Positions 48,832-59,766 of a stretch of 64,000 nucleotides of DNA are shown here, piece by piece. The stretch spans positions 704,001-768,000 of the forward strand of contig CBDCTZ010000013.1 of NCBI GenBank assembly GCA_965222375.1, in the 5' to 3' direction. Made by a program: the position numbers and the translations under genes. How positions within the stretch are numbered: position 1 is the stretch's first letter; the number at the start of each line of letters is the position of its first letter. The DNA is from Polyangiaceae bacterium. Lineage in GTDB: Bacteria; Myxococcota_A; Polyangia; Polyangiales; Polyangiaceae. The notes under the pieces are model-generated. The model saw only the letters and a program-made list of their open reading frames with translations. It made no database searches and was not told where the DNA came from.

Positions 48832-50749
48832 TGGCCACGCCCCCCTGGACAAGGGTGGGCTTCTCGGGTGGGTCCTGCAAGCACTCTCCCAGGATCTCGG
48901 TCAGCTGCTCGCGCTCCAGAGTCTCCTCCCGAACTAGAGCCTCGATCAGCCGGTCGATGGCATCTCGCTGTTCCCGCACGATACTCTTGGCACCCTCCAC
49001 CGCACGCGCCAGAAACTCCCGGGTCTCTTGCTCGATGACATGCACGGTTGCGTCGCTCGTACCACCTTCGGTTGCGAGCACCTGACCCAAGAAGGGGTGT
49101 TCGGTCTTGTGCTCATGGTAGACGGGACCCACGCGGTCGCTCATTCCGAAGTGCGCGACCATCTTGAAGGCTAGTTCCGTGGCCTTTTGCAGGTCGTTGG
49201 CGGCGCCGCTGGAAATGCCGTCCAATACGACACTCTCCGCCGCATACCCGCCCATCAGAACTCGAAGTCGGCTCTCCAGTTCTTCCTGAGTCATGATGTG
49301 GCGCTCGCCAGCTGGGGTTTGCTGAGTCACACCCAAGGCCATGCCTCGTGGAATGATGCTGACGCGCCGAAGGGGCTCGGCGCCGGGTGAAAAATGGGCG
49401 ACGACTGCGTGCCCAGCTTCGTGCACGGCAACGCGGTGTTTTTCGTCGGGATCTAGCTTCGTCTCCCGAGGATCTCCCAGCACGACCTTGTCAAAAGCCG
49501 CCCTGAAATCCGCCTTCTCGATGGTCTGCGCGCCGCGCCGAGTCGCGCCGAGGGCAGCTTCGTTGACCAGGTTCGCCAGGTCTGCGCCGGAGAAACCTGG
49601 CGTCGAGCGAGCCATTTCCGCCAGGTCCACTTCGTCCCCCAGAGGTTTGTCACGAGTATGGACACGCAGGATAGCCTCCCTGGCCGCTAGCTCCGGGCGA
49701 TCAACGATAACGCGACGATCGAAACGACCTGGCCTGAGTAGCGCCGAATCCAAGACATCCGGACGGTTGGTGGCAGCCAAAACGATGGTTAGGTCGTTGC
49801 GAGAAAAACCGTCCATCTCGGATAGAAGCTGGTTCAGGGTTTGCTCGCGCTCGTCGTGCCCGCCGCCGAGGCCCGCTCCGCGGGAACGCCCCACCGCATC
49901 TATCTCGTCGATGAACACGATTGCTGGCGCGACCTTCTTGGCTTCTTCGAACAGCTCCCGAACACGGGAGGCTCCAACCCCGACGAATAGCTCGATGAAT
50001 TCAGAGCCATTGATGGAAAAGAACGGCACTCCGGCTTCACCAGCGACAGCACGGGCGAGAAGGGTCTTACCGGTCCCGGGCGGCCCGACCAGGAGCACGC
50101 CGCGGGGCACTTTCCCTCCCAGCCGCCGGAAGCGGTCGGGTTCCTTCAGGAATTCGACGATCTCCCTCAGATCCTGCTTGGCCGGACCGAGGCCTGCAAC
50201 GTTCTCGAAGGTGACCTGCACCTCCCCTTCTTGCTCGAATCTGCGCGACTTGCCCTTCAACATTCCGCCAAGGGGGTTGGCGCCTCCCATCATCTTCTGG
50301 GCGCGCCTGGAGAGCCACACCCACACACCGATGATCAGTACCCAGGGCAGAATGCTGAGAATCAACTGCAAGGCGAGAGGCTGCTCTTCGCTGCGGGCCT
50401 CCACCTTGACACCTTTGCCGCGCAGCAGGGGAAGTAGTTCGTCATCTTTGACAACGGGCAGAGTCGTTTGGAACTTCTTGACGCGGGCACCATCGACGGA
50501 CTGCTCACTCTTGAGCACACCGGTGACTCGATTGCCTTGGAGCACAACGCTTTCCAACTGCTCCTGCTCCGCGAGCCTGTAGAAGGCTGAGTAGCTAACC
50601 GTCGGTTGAGATACCTGGCGATTGGCGAAGTACTGCCACCCCCAAAACGACGCCAGCAGGACCGCAAGCGTCAGCCAGCCACGCCACGACGGCGAGCGGG
50701 GATCCGGCTCGGGAGTCGGGCCAGGCGGGCGAGGTGCGGCTTGCGGCAT
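48824..50749 (-). CDS. ftsH: ATP-dependent zinc metalloprotease FtsH
   Basis: Two TM segments; [30 protein letters not shown]. Confidence 0.95.
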   Translation of the reverse strand: MPQAAPRPPGPTPEPDPRSPSWRGWLTLAVLLASFWGWQYFANRQVSQPTVSYSAFYRLAEQEQLESVVLQGNRVTGVLKSEQSVDGARVKKFQTTLPVVKDDELLPLLRGKGVKVEARSEEQPLALQLILSILPWVLIIGVWVWLSRRAQKMMGGANPLGGMLKGKSRRFEQEGEVQVTFENVAGLGPAKQDLREIVEFLKEPDRFRRLGGKVPRGVLLVGPPGTGKTLLARAVAGEAGVPFFSINGSEFIELFVGVGASRVRELFEEAKKVAPAIVFIDEIDAVGRSRGAGLGGGHDEREQTLNQLLSEMDGFSRNDLTIVLAATNRPDVLDSALLRPGRFDRRVIVDRPELAAREAILRVHTRDKPLGDEVDLAEMARSTPGFSGADLANLVNEAALGATRRGAQTIEKADFRAAFDKVVLGDPRETKLDPDEKHRVAVHEAGHAVVAHFSPGAEPLRRVSIIPRGMALGVTQQTPAGERHIMTQEELESRLRVLMGGYAAESVVLDGISSGAANDLQKATELAFKMVAHFGMSDRVGPVYHEHKTEHPFLGQVLATEGGTSDATVHVIEQETREFLARAVEGAKSIVREQRDAIDRLIEALVREETLEREQLTEILGECLQDPPEKPTLVQGGVASG

Positions 50750-50860
50750 GCCCGCTCAACTTAGTGATGGCGAGCGGGGTTGTCGACGGCCTCGATGGCG
50801 GCCACCATGAGCGATTGTCTTCGCAATCTCCGCTCAATCTCGCCTAGATTGTAAGAATCT

Positions 50861-51475
50861 GTGAAAAAGCATGTCCTCGCCCAACCCACCGGAGCGCCCA
50901 CGCCGCCTCCAGCGGAGTGCCTGGAGCAGGAGCTCACGCGGCGAATTCTCGAAGCGATGCCGGGGGGCGTCGTACGCGTCGCCGCCGACGGGGCGATCTT
51001 GCACGCCAACCCCGCGGCCTGTCGGGTGCTCGGGCTTCGACTGGACGAGCTGACGCAGCGCTTCACGACGGACTTCGCCGTAGAGACGATCAACGAGGAT
51101 GGCAGCACTGGCACCGGGGTGGCGGCGGAAACGGCGGCGCGGGTATTCGACCCATTCTTCAGTACCAAAACGAATGGGCGGGGACTGGGGTTCGCTGCCA
51201 CTTTGGGAATTGTTCGCTCCCACCGGAGCGCAATCGAGCTTTCGTCAGAGTTGGGTGCAGGAACGAGGTACCGGGTGTACCTGCCGGTCTCCGGGCGATC
51301 GCGTTTTGTGTCTCAACCGCCGGCGCTAGTGGCTGCTGACCTACAGGGTGGTCGCTTGCTGGTGATCGATGACGAGCCCGCCGTCCTCGACATCGCATGC
51401 AGCCCTACAGAAGCCCTACAGCCCGGCTGCTCTGGTCGCGGCAGTAGAAGCCGCTCTGAAGCGCAGCTGAGCTAG
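50861..51475 (+). pseudogene. Internally deleted PAS-histidine kinase-receiver hybrid remnant
   Basis: A PAS half is joined directly to the F/G2 boxes (FDPFFSTK..GRGLG) with no H-box. REC start LLVIDDE; REC end LQKPYS...AALKRS lies in another frame (51405-51470). Confidence 0.75.
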
Positions 51476-52017
51476 TCGGACCCCGCGTCTTGGGGCGCGC
51501 CGCCGGTTCCGCTTCCGCCACTGGTGCCGGAGCTTCCTCCTGTCGCACCACCGCCCGTGCCGCCGCTGCCACCACTGGTACCGCCGGTTCCGCCAGTGGC
51601 GCCTGCGCTGCCGCCTGTGGCGGCATCCGCCGCCGCGTCGTTGCCCGCGTCCATGCCTCCGGCTCCACCGGTGGTGCCACCGGTTCCACCCGTTCCACCA
51701 GTACTGCCGCCACCCGTGCCACCCGTGGTTGGGACGCCCGCATAGCCACCGCCGCCGCAACTGGCTGAATAGCCATCCGGGCAGACCTTGCCCCCGCTGC
51801 AGATGGCCTGCACGACTTCGCCCTGGTCATTGCAGCACACCACGCCCGGGCAACCATTGATGCCGGCCACATTGCCGAAGCCGCCGAAGTTCAGACTGCC
51901 GCCGCTTCCGTTACCGCCTCCGTTGCCGTCGCCGCTGATTTCACCCGCACCGCAGGCGAGCAACAACCCCGCGAACGCCCAGTAACCCCTCCGCAATCCA
52001 ACTCCAGTTCGACGCAT
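51472..52017 (-). CDS. Small Gly-rich lipoprotein
   Basis: LLLAC lipobox, short Cys cluster, Gly/Thr repeats. Confidence 0.6.
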   Translation of the reverse strand: MRRTGVGLRRGYWAFAGLLLACGAGEISGDGNGGGNGSGGSLNFGGFGNVAGINGCPGVVCCNDQGEVVQAICSGGKVCPDGYSASCGGGGYAGVPTTGGTGGGSTGGTGGTGGTTGGAGGMDAGNDAAADAATGGSAGATGGTGGTSGGSGGTGGGATGGSSGTSGGSGTGGAPQDAGSD

Positions 52018-52157
52018 GGACGCCGAGCTTACCGCGAAACCCATCGTGGCGCGAAGTGTGGGCAACTGTCCTACCTTCTCCGCCTCGGTGTTGTGGTAGC
52101 GGAAGTAGATGCACCGGATGGGGTGGCAGCTTGGCGACTTCTCGATACTATCGAAGG

Positions 52158-55100
52158 ATGAGCAATACTGTCCGCATAGTCGTCGCTCTTGGTGGAGCCC
52201 TTGCCCTAGCCATCCCGGCTTGTGGCGGCGACCCTGAAGTCTCAAACGGAAGCGGTGGCGGCTCCGCCGCAGCGGGAGCCGCGGGCGCATCTGGCAGCGC
52301 AGGCAACACTGGTGGTACGGGCGCAATCATCGACACCGACGGCGGCGCCGGTGACTCCGGTGGCGGCTTCGACGCCGACCTATGCGCCACTCAAAACTGT
52401 CCAAAAGAACAGCACTGCGAAGTCGTGGATGGGTCCGCTGGTTGCGTGCCCAACGACTGCACCTCCCTGGGCTGCAAAGCGACTGAGAAGTGCGTCATGG
52501 TCGACGGTGGCGCCTTCTGCGAGGACATCAGCTGCAAAGACGACGTCGAATGCCCGGAGAGTCAATACTGCGACGGCACCATCTGTGTAGATGACGCCTG
52601 CACGCCGGAAACCCGCCAATGCTCGGGGCAAGACCTCTTGGAATGCGAGCAGAACGGCAGCGGCTTCACCAAGAAGTTCAGCTGCCAGAGCGGCTCACCC
52701 TACTACCAGAGTGTCTGCGCGGACGACGGAAAGGGCGCAGCCGACTGTCCCTGCGAAGACGACTGGGATTGCCCCGCGTTTACGGAATGCGAAGCCGGGG
52801 TGTGTCAGGGCACCGGCGTCGCGCCGACTTGCTCCCTCCCCCCGGAGCCCTTCGCCAACGTCCTACCGACCAACGAAATCACCTGGGGCGGCACTTTCGC
52901 CAATCCGAAAGCGGTGGGAAGCCCCTTCGAAAACTCCACTCAGGTTGTGATGGTGCCCCTGGTGGCGAACTTGGATGACGACAACGGCGACGGGCTAATC
53001 GACGAACGAGACTTCCCTGAGATCATTTTCACCACCTTCTGCAACCATGACTTCACTTCCAATGGCGTGCTGCGCGCTATCCATGGGGGTGGCCCCAAGA
53101 AAGGTGACGATTTCTTCGCGAACTGCGGCGGCACCCTGTGGAGCGAAGGCGACGCACTGCCCGCGAATTGCAGCTGCTCCAGCGCCGACCTGGACTCGAC
53201 GGCGAGCGTGGCCGTGGGTGATCTGGACAACGATGGCACGCCCGAGATCGTCACCATCACCGAGGGCAGCGGGCACAATGGGGCGGTCAGGATCTACTCG
53301 AACTTGGGCGTGCTAGTCGCAACGAGCGCCTCGCGAAACCTCGGCGGCTCCAACCCGGCGCCGACGCTAGCCAACATTGACAATGCGGGCCTGTCGGAGA
53401 TCGTGGTCGGACGTACCGTGTTCACTCTCGAGAAAGACGCGACCACCAAGCAACTCAAGTTCTTGGACGTCTTCGAAGGCACGGGCCAAAACGGCTCCAA
53501 CGGGCAAGGCCCGGTGTCATGTGTCGCAAACTTGATTGGCGACTCGAAACAAGAAATTGCCGCGGGCACCACGACCTATCGCATGCCAATTCCTTCGGCC
53601 GGAATCACCAAGCGCGCTGACTGCGTCGGCGGGGAGACGGGCGAAACCAAGACCTTCTGCGATGGGCAGCTGGTCACGGTTTGGGATGGACAGACCGTCA
53701 ACGGCGCAACGAAGATCCCGAATGCCAACCGACGTGGCTTCTGCGCGGTGGCGGACGTATTGGGGACGGACCAAACCAAGGAGCCGGGACCCACCAACCC
53801 CTTGGATGGCGTGGCAGAGGTCATCAGCATTTCCAACGGCCGGCTCTACGTCTTGAACGGCCAGACCGGCGCGTTGAGGGTGGACATCGCCATCGGGCAG
53901 GGCTCCAACGGAGGAGCACCCAACGTCGACGATTTCGACGGCGACGGGTTTCCGGAGATCGGCAGCGCCTTTTCCGCGGCCTACGTCGTGGTCGATTTGC
54001 AAGCGACGGCCACGGAATGCCCAGCCTGGACTGCCACTGGGGATGACAACTCCAACAAGCCCCGAACCCCACCCAGCGCAAGCTGTCTCAAGGACTCGGA
54101 TTGCGGCGACACGACGAAGTTCGCCTGCAACGAGAGCACCAGCGCATGCGTGTGTTTGCAAAACGGTTGGCGGCGCAAGACCGAAGATGACTCCAGCCGG
54201 GTCACAGGGTCGAGTGTCTTCGACTTCAACGGCGACGGTGCGGCAGAGGTCATCTACAACGACGAGTGCAACTTCCGTGTCTACGACGGCCTCAATGGTA
54301 CGGTGTACTTCGAGCAACCTTCCGAAAGCCGCACCCGCGTCGAGTATCCGGTGGTCGCGGATGTGGACAACGACGGCAACGCTGAAATCGTGTTCGCCAC
54401 CACGACCGAGAGCGGTTTCTGCTCCGAGAAGAAGACTAGTCAATACAACGCGGGCATCGAGGTCTGGGGCGACAAGAGCGATCTTTGGGTTTCCGCACGA
54501 CGCATGTGGAATCAGCACGCCTACCACGTGACCAATGTGACCGAGTCTGGCCAGATCCCCGTCTTCGAACCGGAAAGCTGGATGAGCTACAATGGTCGCC
54601 TCTACAACACGTATCGGAGCAACCCGCGCTCCTTCGGAGTCGCGCCAGATCTGACCGTACAGGCAATTCAGGTATCGAGCCCAGACGCTGTTTGCGGCCA
54701 GCTCTCCAACAAGCTCGACATCACTGTCCAGATCGCCAACATTGGAGACTTGCGAGTCGGGCCCGGTATCGTGGTCAGCTTCCACGGCACTTGGACCACG
54801 CCCGCGCTTTCGGAACCGTTGATGGACGGAACGCCTGCGCCGCTGACCCTCACTATTTCAAACAGCTTGGAGCCAGGGGACGTGATCTTGCTGACCGCGA
54901 GCTATGACGCCGTCAACAACTCACCGGGGGTGCTGCCAGACAAGGTTCGAGTAGTTGTCGACGACGGCGACCTGGCCCGAGAGTGCATCGAAACCAACAA
55001 CGAACTCGAGGCTCAAGTACAAGCCCAGGGCAAGCAGCCCGACCTGCGCGTGGAAATCGGCGTGCCCACCGGGTGCCCGCCAGGCGTGGTACCCAAAGTG

Positions 55101-55391
55101 CCCACCAAGGTCTTCAATGATGGGTCTGCGCCCGCGAGCAACGTACTGGTTCGTTATTACGCCGGTGATCCAAACGCCGGCGGACAGCCCATTCACGACG
55201 AAACCATTGCCGGTTCCATCGCGCCGGCAACCAGCGTCAACGTCAACCCGAGTATGAGCAGCTTCCCGCCAGGCCTATCCGTATTGATCTACGCGGTTGT
55301 CGACCCGGATAACCAGATCGCGGAGTGCAACGACGGCAACAACAAGGACGCTGCCGACGCCAAGATTACTTGCGGCGTCGTGCCGCAGTAG
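52158..55391 (+). CDS. Large secreted lipoprotein with Cys-rich repeats, FG-GAP-like repeats and CARDB domains
   Basis: IPAC lipobox; DLDNDGTPEIV, DFDGDGFPEI, DFNGDGAAEV, DVDNDGNAEI; PDL...ECIETNN and ECNDGNN. Confidence 0.85.
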   Translation: MSNTVRIVVALGGALALAIPACGGDPEVSNGSGGGSAAAGAAGASGSAGNTGGTGAIIDTDGGAGDSGGGFDADLCATQNCPKEQHCEVVDGSAGCVPNDCTSLGCKATEKCVMVDGGAFCEDISCKDDVECPESQYCDGTICVDDACTPETRQCSGQDLLECEQNGSGFTKKFSCQSGSPYYQSVCADDGKGAADCPCEDDWDCPAFTECEAGVCQGTGVAPTCSLPPEPFANVLPTNEITWGGTFANPKAVGSPFENSTQVVMVPLVANLDDDNGDGLIDERDFPEIIFTTFCNHDFTSNGVLRAIHGGGPKKGDDFFANCGGTLWSEGDALPANCSCSSADLDSTASVAVGDLDNDGTPEIVTITEGSGHNGAVRIYSNLGVLVATSASRNLGGSNPAPTLANIDNAGLSEIVVGRTVFTLEKDATTKQLKFLDVFEGTGQNGSNGQGPVSCVANLIGDSKQEIAAGTTTYRMPIPSAGITKRADCVGGETGETKTFCDGQLVTVWDGQTVNGATKIPNANRRGFCAVADVLGTDQTKEPGPTNPLDGVAEVISISNGRLYVLNGQTGALRVDIAIGQGSNGGAPNVDDFDGDGFPEIGSAFSAAYVVVDLQATATECPAWTATGDDNSNKPRTPPSASCLKDSDCGDTTKFACNESTSACVCLQNGWRRKTEDDSSRVTGSSVFDFNGDGAAEVIYNDECNFRVYDGLNGTVYFEQPSESRTRVEYPVVADVDNDGNAEIVFATTTESGFCSEKKTSQYNAGIEVWGDKSDLWVSARRMWNQHAYHVTNVTESGQIPVFEPESWMSYNGRLYNTYRSNPRSFGVAPDLTVQAIQVSSPDAVCGQLSNKLDITVQIANIGDLRVGPGIVVSFHGTWTTPALSEPLMDGTPAPLTLTISNSLEPGDVILLTASYDAVNNSPGVLPDKVRVVVDDGDLARECIETNNELEAQVQAQGKQPDLRVEIGVPTGCPPGVVPKVPTKVFNDGSAPASNVLVRYYAGDPNAGGQPIHDETIAGSIAPATSVNVNPSMSSFPPGLSVLIYAVVDPDNQIAECNDGNNKDAADAKITCGVVPQ

Positions 55392-55414
55392 TCCCGCAAG
55401 AAAAGTGCCCGGCG

Positions 55415-55759
55415 TCAGCGCGGGCGGTCGCGCCGCTCGGGCTGCGCGGAGGAGCCAACCACCCATTCCAACTCGGGCACGGCCTCGTCGAACTCAATCG
55501 CCATGCGATGAGGCCAGAGGCCATGGGGGTCCTCCTTGTTGTCTTCCACGCGCACGACACGCCCCGTCACCCGCTTCGGGACGTCTTGACCCGGCAACTT
55601 AATGGCAACCTCGATAGGAGCACCTTCATCCAACGTGCTGGCGGTCAGCATCAAGGCGCCAGTGCTACTCGCATCATGCGTGATGGCAATACCTTCGCGC
55701 AGCGCGTCTACCTTCACGGGCAACCACACTTCGAAACGGTCGTTCGTTCTGCGAGTCAT
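55415..55759 (-). CDS. PilZ domain protein
   Basis: RRTNDR (RxxxR) and DASSTG (DxSxxG). Confidence 0.75.
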   Translation of the reverse strand: MTRRTNDRFEVWLPVKVDALREGIAITHDASSTGALMLTASTLDEGAPIEVAIKLPGQDVPKRVTGRVVRVEDNKEDPHGLWPHRMAIEFDEAVPELEWVVGSSAQPERRDRPR

Positions 55760-55980
55760 GGCGTCAGAGGATAGTCCGGAGCTGCGAGAAATGAGTGTAA
55801 GCGAAGCACATACATCGGCGTTTTCATGACAATTGCATGCGGATAGCGAACAGGCGAGTGTGACGCATGGGTCTCGTTAACTGTGAAATCTTTGCACAGC
55901 AGCAGGGCAACTAGGAATGCATAGGTGTTGGAAATCGTTGGAATGAGCGGCTGGTACGCAAAGTGAATGAAAGGATCCAC

Positions 55981-56364
55981 ATGACTGACGGCGATTCGGA
56001 GTCCAGTGACAATGGCTCGGTCGATCGGCGCAGTCATCGGCGCGCACCCTTGGAGCAGCCGGTGATGGTGGAAGCCGCCGCCCTCTCCCAGCCCGCACCC
56101 GCCCACGACGTTTCTCGCGGGGGGCTGTCCATCCGAGCGGAACTCGCCCTCGAGGTCGGCAGCGAAGTGGAAGTCTATTTCGAATTGCCCATTGGATACG
56201 CCGTCGAGACCAAAGCGGAAGTCGTGCGCCGACAAGACGGCGTGACTGCTCTCAGGTTCTTGGCGTTGAAACGGGAAGACGAGGTTGCCCTACGCTCCTT
56301 TTGTCGCATCAGCGGTCTGCACCGACTAGAGACGGAAGAAGCAACGCCGACTCCTACCGGCTGA
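55981..56364 (+). CDS. PilZ domain protein
   Basis: RRSHRR (RxxxR) and DVSRGG. Confidence 0.8.
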   Translation: MTDGDSESSDNGSVDRRSHRRAPLEQPVMVEAAALSQPAPAHDVSRGGLSIRAELALEVGSEVEVYFELPIGYAVETKAEVVRRQDGVTALRFLALKREDEVALRSFCRISGLHRLETEEATPTPTG

Positions 56365-56376
56365 GCGAGCCGGCCT

Positions 56377-57555
56377 TCACTTCGTTGCGGCTACGTAGGC
56401 GCTCAACTCGGCGGCAGATAGCGCGCGCTTGTACATCGCCAACTCATCGATCGCGCCAACCCAAAACGACGTCCCCGCCGTCGAGGCGTCCCCAGGTACG
56501 CCGCGGCAACCGATGCCGACGCCGGTACTGCGATTGACCAGCGCGCCACTCAGCGTCCGAGTGTAGCCCCCCACTCCGTCCAGGTAGTGACGGACGGTCG
56601 TTCCATCCCAGGTCACGGCCGCATGAACCCACTGCGCAACGGGCATCTTCCCAGTGCCTTCCCAACCCCACGGTGTCGTGGAGGTGTTGATCGCCTCCTG
56701 GAACTGGCTCGTGCCCGCGCAGGTCACGCCGACTTCGTAGGCGTATTCCTTGTTGAAAATGATTCCCCGATCTCCAGAGCAGCCGCCGTCGAAACGGACC
56801 CAGGCCATGATGGTCAAGGTCGTGGCTGCGGCGGCGTCGAGGCTGTTCGAATCGGGTATTGCGACGCAATTGCCGTTGCTGATCTCGACGGCCTGGCCCA
56901 CCTTTCCAGCCGCGAAGGTCGATCCGTAGACCGTGCCGTCGTTGTTTTGAGTCGAAGTGTCTTTGGCGCCACCCTCCAATCGCCAGTACCCAACCAAGTC
57001 GGCGTCGATGGGCGGTGCCGGCCAGCACACGTTTTCTATGCAGCTGAGCGAGCTGCTGCAATCCGACTTGAGCGCGCAAGCCTTCATCGCGCCGCAAGGC
57101 GCGCAGCTACCGCCACAATCCACGTCCGTTTCGTCACCGGTCTTGGCGCCATCGGCGCAGCCACACTTGCCACTATCGCAGATGCCGGCCACGCAGGCGT
57201 TGCCGCAGGTGCCGCAATGGGTCGTGCTTTGGGACAAGTCAGCACAAGCACCGTCACAGTTCGTGGTCCCCGGAGGGCAGGTCGACGAACAGACACCGTT
57301 GCCGCAAACCTCCGAAGGCGCACACGGCACGCCGCAACCACCGCAGTGTTTTGGGTCGTTGGAGAGATCCACGCACTCCCCGAAACAGGGTGACGTGCCA
57401 GCCCAACAGCTGCCGCTGTCGGCGGCCGCGGCGTCGATGGCCGAAGCGTCGGGTTTCGACGCGTCCGGCTTGGGTGACCCGGGCGGCCCGGCGTCGTCGT
57501 CGCTACTGCAGGCGACCACCACGACGGTCAGTAGCGACAAGCTTGTCCATCGCAT
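56377..57555 (-). CDS. Lipoprotein with Cys-rich repeats and a LamG/ConA-like domain
   Basis: VVAC lipobox; CVDL..D..HCGGCG repeats; WVHAAVTWDG, GAIDELAMY. Confidence 0.85.
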   Translation of the reverse strand: MRWTSLSLLTVVVVACSSDDDAGPPGSPKPDASKPDASAIDAAAADSGSCWAGTSPCFGECVDLSNDPKHCGGCGVPCAPSEVCGNGVCSSTCPPGTTNCDGACADLSQSTTHCGTCGNACVAGICDSGKCGCADGAKTGDETDVDCGGSCAPCGAMKACALKSDCSSSLSCIENVCWPAPPIDADLVGYWRLEGGAKDTSTQNNDGTVYGSTFAAGKVGQAVEISNGNCVAIPDSNSLDAAAATTLTIMAWVRFDGGCSGDRGIIFNKEYAYEVGVTCAGTSQFQEAINTSTTPWGWEGTGKMPVAQWVHAAVTWDGTTVRHYLDGVGGYTRTLSGALVNRSTGVGIGCRGVPGDASTAGTSFWVGAIDELAMYKRALSAAELSAYVAATK

Positions 57556-57599
57556 GTTGTGGCTAAGCGTAGCACAGCGGTGTCGGCTAGAGTGCCCGG

Positions 57600-58166
57600 G
57601 TGCTCAGCGTCGAAGACCTGTTCGCCATCGAAGGCGCCCTCGTGCATGTCGTGGAGCGCAGCCGCTCGGGGCAACTCAGCCAACCCATGGCGCGTCTCGC
57701 TAGCATGGCGCCGTGGTTGAACTTCATGGCCGCGCGCTGCAAAGACTGCCCGTGTCCGCGAACGAGCGTTCAGGGCGACAGCTCGCACGGTGAAATCACC
57801 TTCATTGGCCCCATTGAAGGGCGCTTGTTGGAGCCTTTCGTCATCCTCTTGCGTGATCTGGCACGGGGTCATGCAGATCTCGACACGCCCGCCACAGCAT
57901 CGCTCCTGAAAAACCTTCGAACCAACCGCGGGCTTTCAGTCGCTGTCAGCGGCTCCTGCCCACGCTGCCCACGCACTCTGGGCACGGCGCTCTCCGTCGC
58001 ACTCTGCTCGGCGTACATCGACGTTGTCGTGGCTCGCGCCGATCTGGGGCTGGGCCCGAAAGCCACCAGCGTTCCCACGATCTACATTGATGGCAGAGCT
58101 GTCCCTCGCTCCAGGCACTCGGAGTACGCCTTGGCAGAAAGCCTACTGACGCCTCCAGAGCGCTGA
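57600..58166 (+). CDS. Thioredoxin-fold protein (AhpF N-terminal-like)
   Basis: SCPRCP and SVPTIYIDG motifs. Confidence 0.6.
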   Translation: MLSVEDLFAIEGALVHVVERSRSGQLSQPMARLASMAPWLNFMAARCKDCPCPRTSVQGDSSHGEITFIGPIEGRLLEPFVILLRDLARGHADLDTPATASLLKNLRTNRGLSVAVSGSCPRCPRTLGTALSVALCSAYIDVVVARADLGLGPKATSVPTIYIDGRAVPRSRHSEYALAESLLTPPER

Positions 58167-58277
58167 ATCTTCCATGCCCGCCCATGAGGCGCTGCACCTC
58201 GCGCGACGCCAGACCCCAGCCCTGCTCACCCTTGACCACGACCAGGGTTCGGCACAAAGTCCCCCGCTGCCAACCCA

Positions 58278-58350
58278 GCCTCCGTAGCTCAGTGGATAGA
58301 GCAGTGGTTTCCTAAACCATTGGTCGCAAGTTCGACTCTTGCCGGAGGCG
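58278..58350 (+). tRNA. tRNA-Arg (anticodon CCT); CCA not encoded
   Basis: Acceptor gcctccg/cggaggc; D-arm gctcagtggatagagc; anticodon arm gtggt-ttCCTaa-accat; T-arm gcaag-ttcgact-cttgc. Confidence 0.95.
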
Positions 58351-58476
58351 CTGAGATCCCACGGGATGTCGCTGGGTTGCGGCGTTGGAGGCCCAGCCGC
58401 TCCCGCTTGGGTCCGCTCTCCTCGTGAGTAGCTCTTGACTGCTGCCGGATCGTTGGCAATTGCAGTATAATGCCGG

Positions 58477-59493
58477 ATGCTTCGCTTTCTCCCGGTGTTG
58501 TCGATTGGGCTGTGGGTCTGCTCTTGCTCTGGCGACGACTTCACCGCTGCTAACGAAGCCGGGTCGGGCGCCAGTTCCGGCTCGGGCGGCCAGGACGCAG
58601 GCACGGGTGGCCAATCGGGTTCGGCCGGACAGCCTGCGGGCGGCGCCGCCGGCTCCAGTGGGCAAGCCGGTAGCGGCGCGGGCGGTGCAAGCGGGAGCGG
58701 CGGCAGCAGCGGAACAGGCGGGGTGGATGACGCGGGTAGTGATGCAGCTACGAGCGTCTGCGCCAATCCGCCCTGCAAGCTGGGAGAGCCTTGTGTCAAG
58801 TCCGCAGATTGCAAACAGGCCGCATGTGTGGCCAAGGTTTGCTCGGCAGTGCGCAACTGCAACTCGCTGCCCGAGGACGCCAAGTCCGGGCGCTACTTCG
58901 TGGACATCGATGGCCCCGGGCCGAGGAAAGTCATGTTGGCCCAATGTGATGAGTCGCAAGGCGGCGGCTGGATGCTGGTGCTGAACTACGTGCACAAAGC
59001 GGCCACAAATCCACAGTTGAACAACATGTTTAGCAGGCTGCCCTTGAAAAAGAGCTCCACCCTCGGCGTAGACGAGTCCTCGGACCCGGAGAGCTGGGGA
59101 CACGTCGTTCCATCACTGATGAAGGATATTCAGTTCAGTGAGACGCGCTGGTTCGCAAGAACTTCCGCGCACAGTCGGGTCATTCACTTCAAGAACAACG
59201 CCAAAGTCGTGAACGACTACATCAAAGACGGTTCGCTCGCAAAGGGTGCTGGTTGCGATCCAAAAGCCTCTACCAACAGCTCGACAAACTTGAGCACGAG
59301 CGGCGGGTCGGCCAAGCTCCCGCAGAACGCGACTGATGGCTTCTGCGCTCGAGGTGACAAGGCCATGACGGAGTACCCCTTCTTCAAAGACAGTACGTAC
59401 CATTGGGGAGTGCGAGGTACTGGAACTCGTTGGGAGGTTGACGACTACCTGCCCACCAGCCCGGACACGCTGCACCGAGTTTGGGTACGCTGA
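58477..59493 (+). CDS. Lipoprotein with a Gly-rich linker and fibrinogen C-terminal-like domain
   Basis: RNCNSL..SGRYFVDIDG..CDESQGGGWMLV. Confidence 0.75.
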   Translation: MLRFLPVLSIGLWVCSCSGDDFTAANEAGSGASSGSGGQDAGTGGQSGSAGQPAGGAAGSSGQAGSGAGGASGSGGSSGTGGVDDAGSDAATSVCANPPCKLGEPCVKSADCKQAACVAKVCSAVRNCNSLPEDAKSGRYFVDIDGPGPRKVMLAQCDESQGGGWMLVLNYVHKAATNPQLNNMFSRLPLKKSSTLGVDESSDPESWGHVVPSLMKDIQFSETRWFARTSAHSRVIHFKNNAKVVNDYIKDGSLAKGAGCDPKASTNSSTNLSTSGGSAKLPQNATDGFCARGDKAMTEYPFFKDSTYHWGVRGTGTRWEVDDYLPTSPDTLHRVWVR

Positions 59494-59766
59494 ACGACCT
59501 GGCGACGATTCGCACCGAGGCCGCCCGTGGCCCCAGGAGATGTGATGGGGTGGCTCGTGACCTGGTAGGTAGCCGCCGAGGCGTCTTTCGGATGCGGAGG
59601 GCTGCCATGGTGGCCGTTCTGCATACGGTGTTCGCTTGGGCGCCGGACGCGCGAGCGATGGCTTTGCGCGAGGCGACAGTGGCTGTCTCCTCATTAACGA
59701 GGTCACCGGAAACCGGGCCTCAATCAACAGACGCGCTCAAAGGCGCAGTGATTAGAGGAGACAGCC

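Noticed and set aside
58278..59500. Integrative element at tRNA-Arg
   Set aside because: No integrase and no duplicated tRNA 3' end found in the window.
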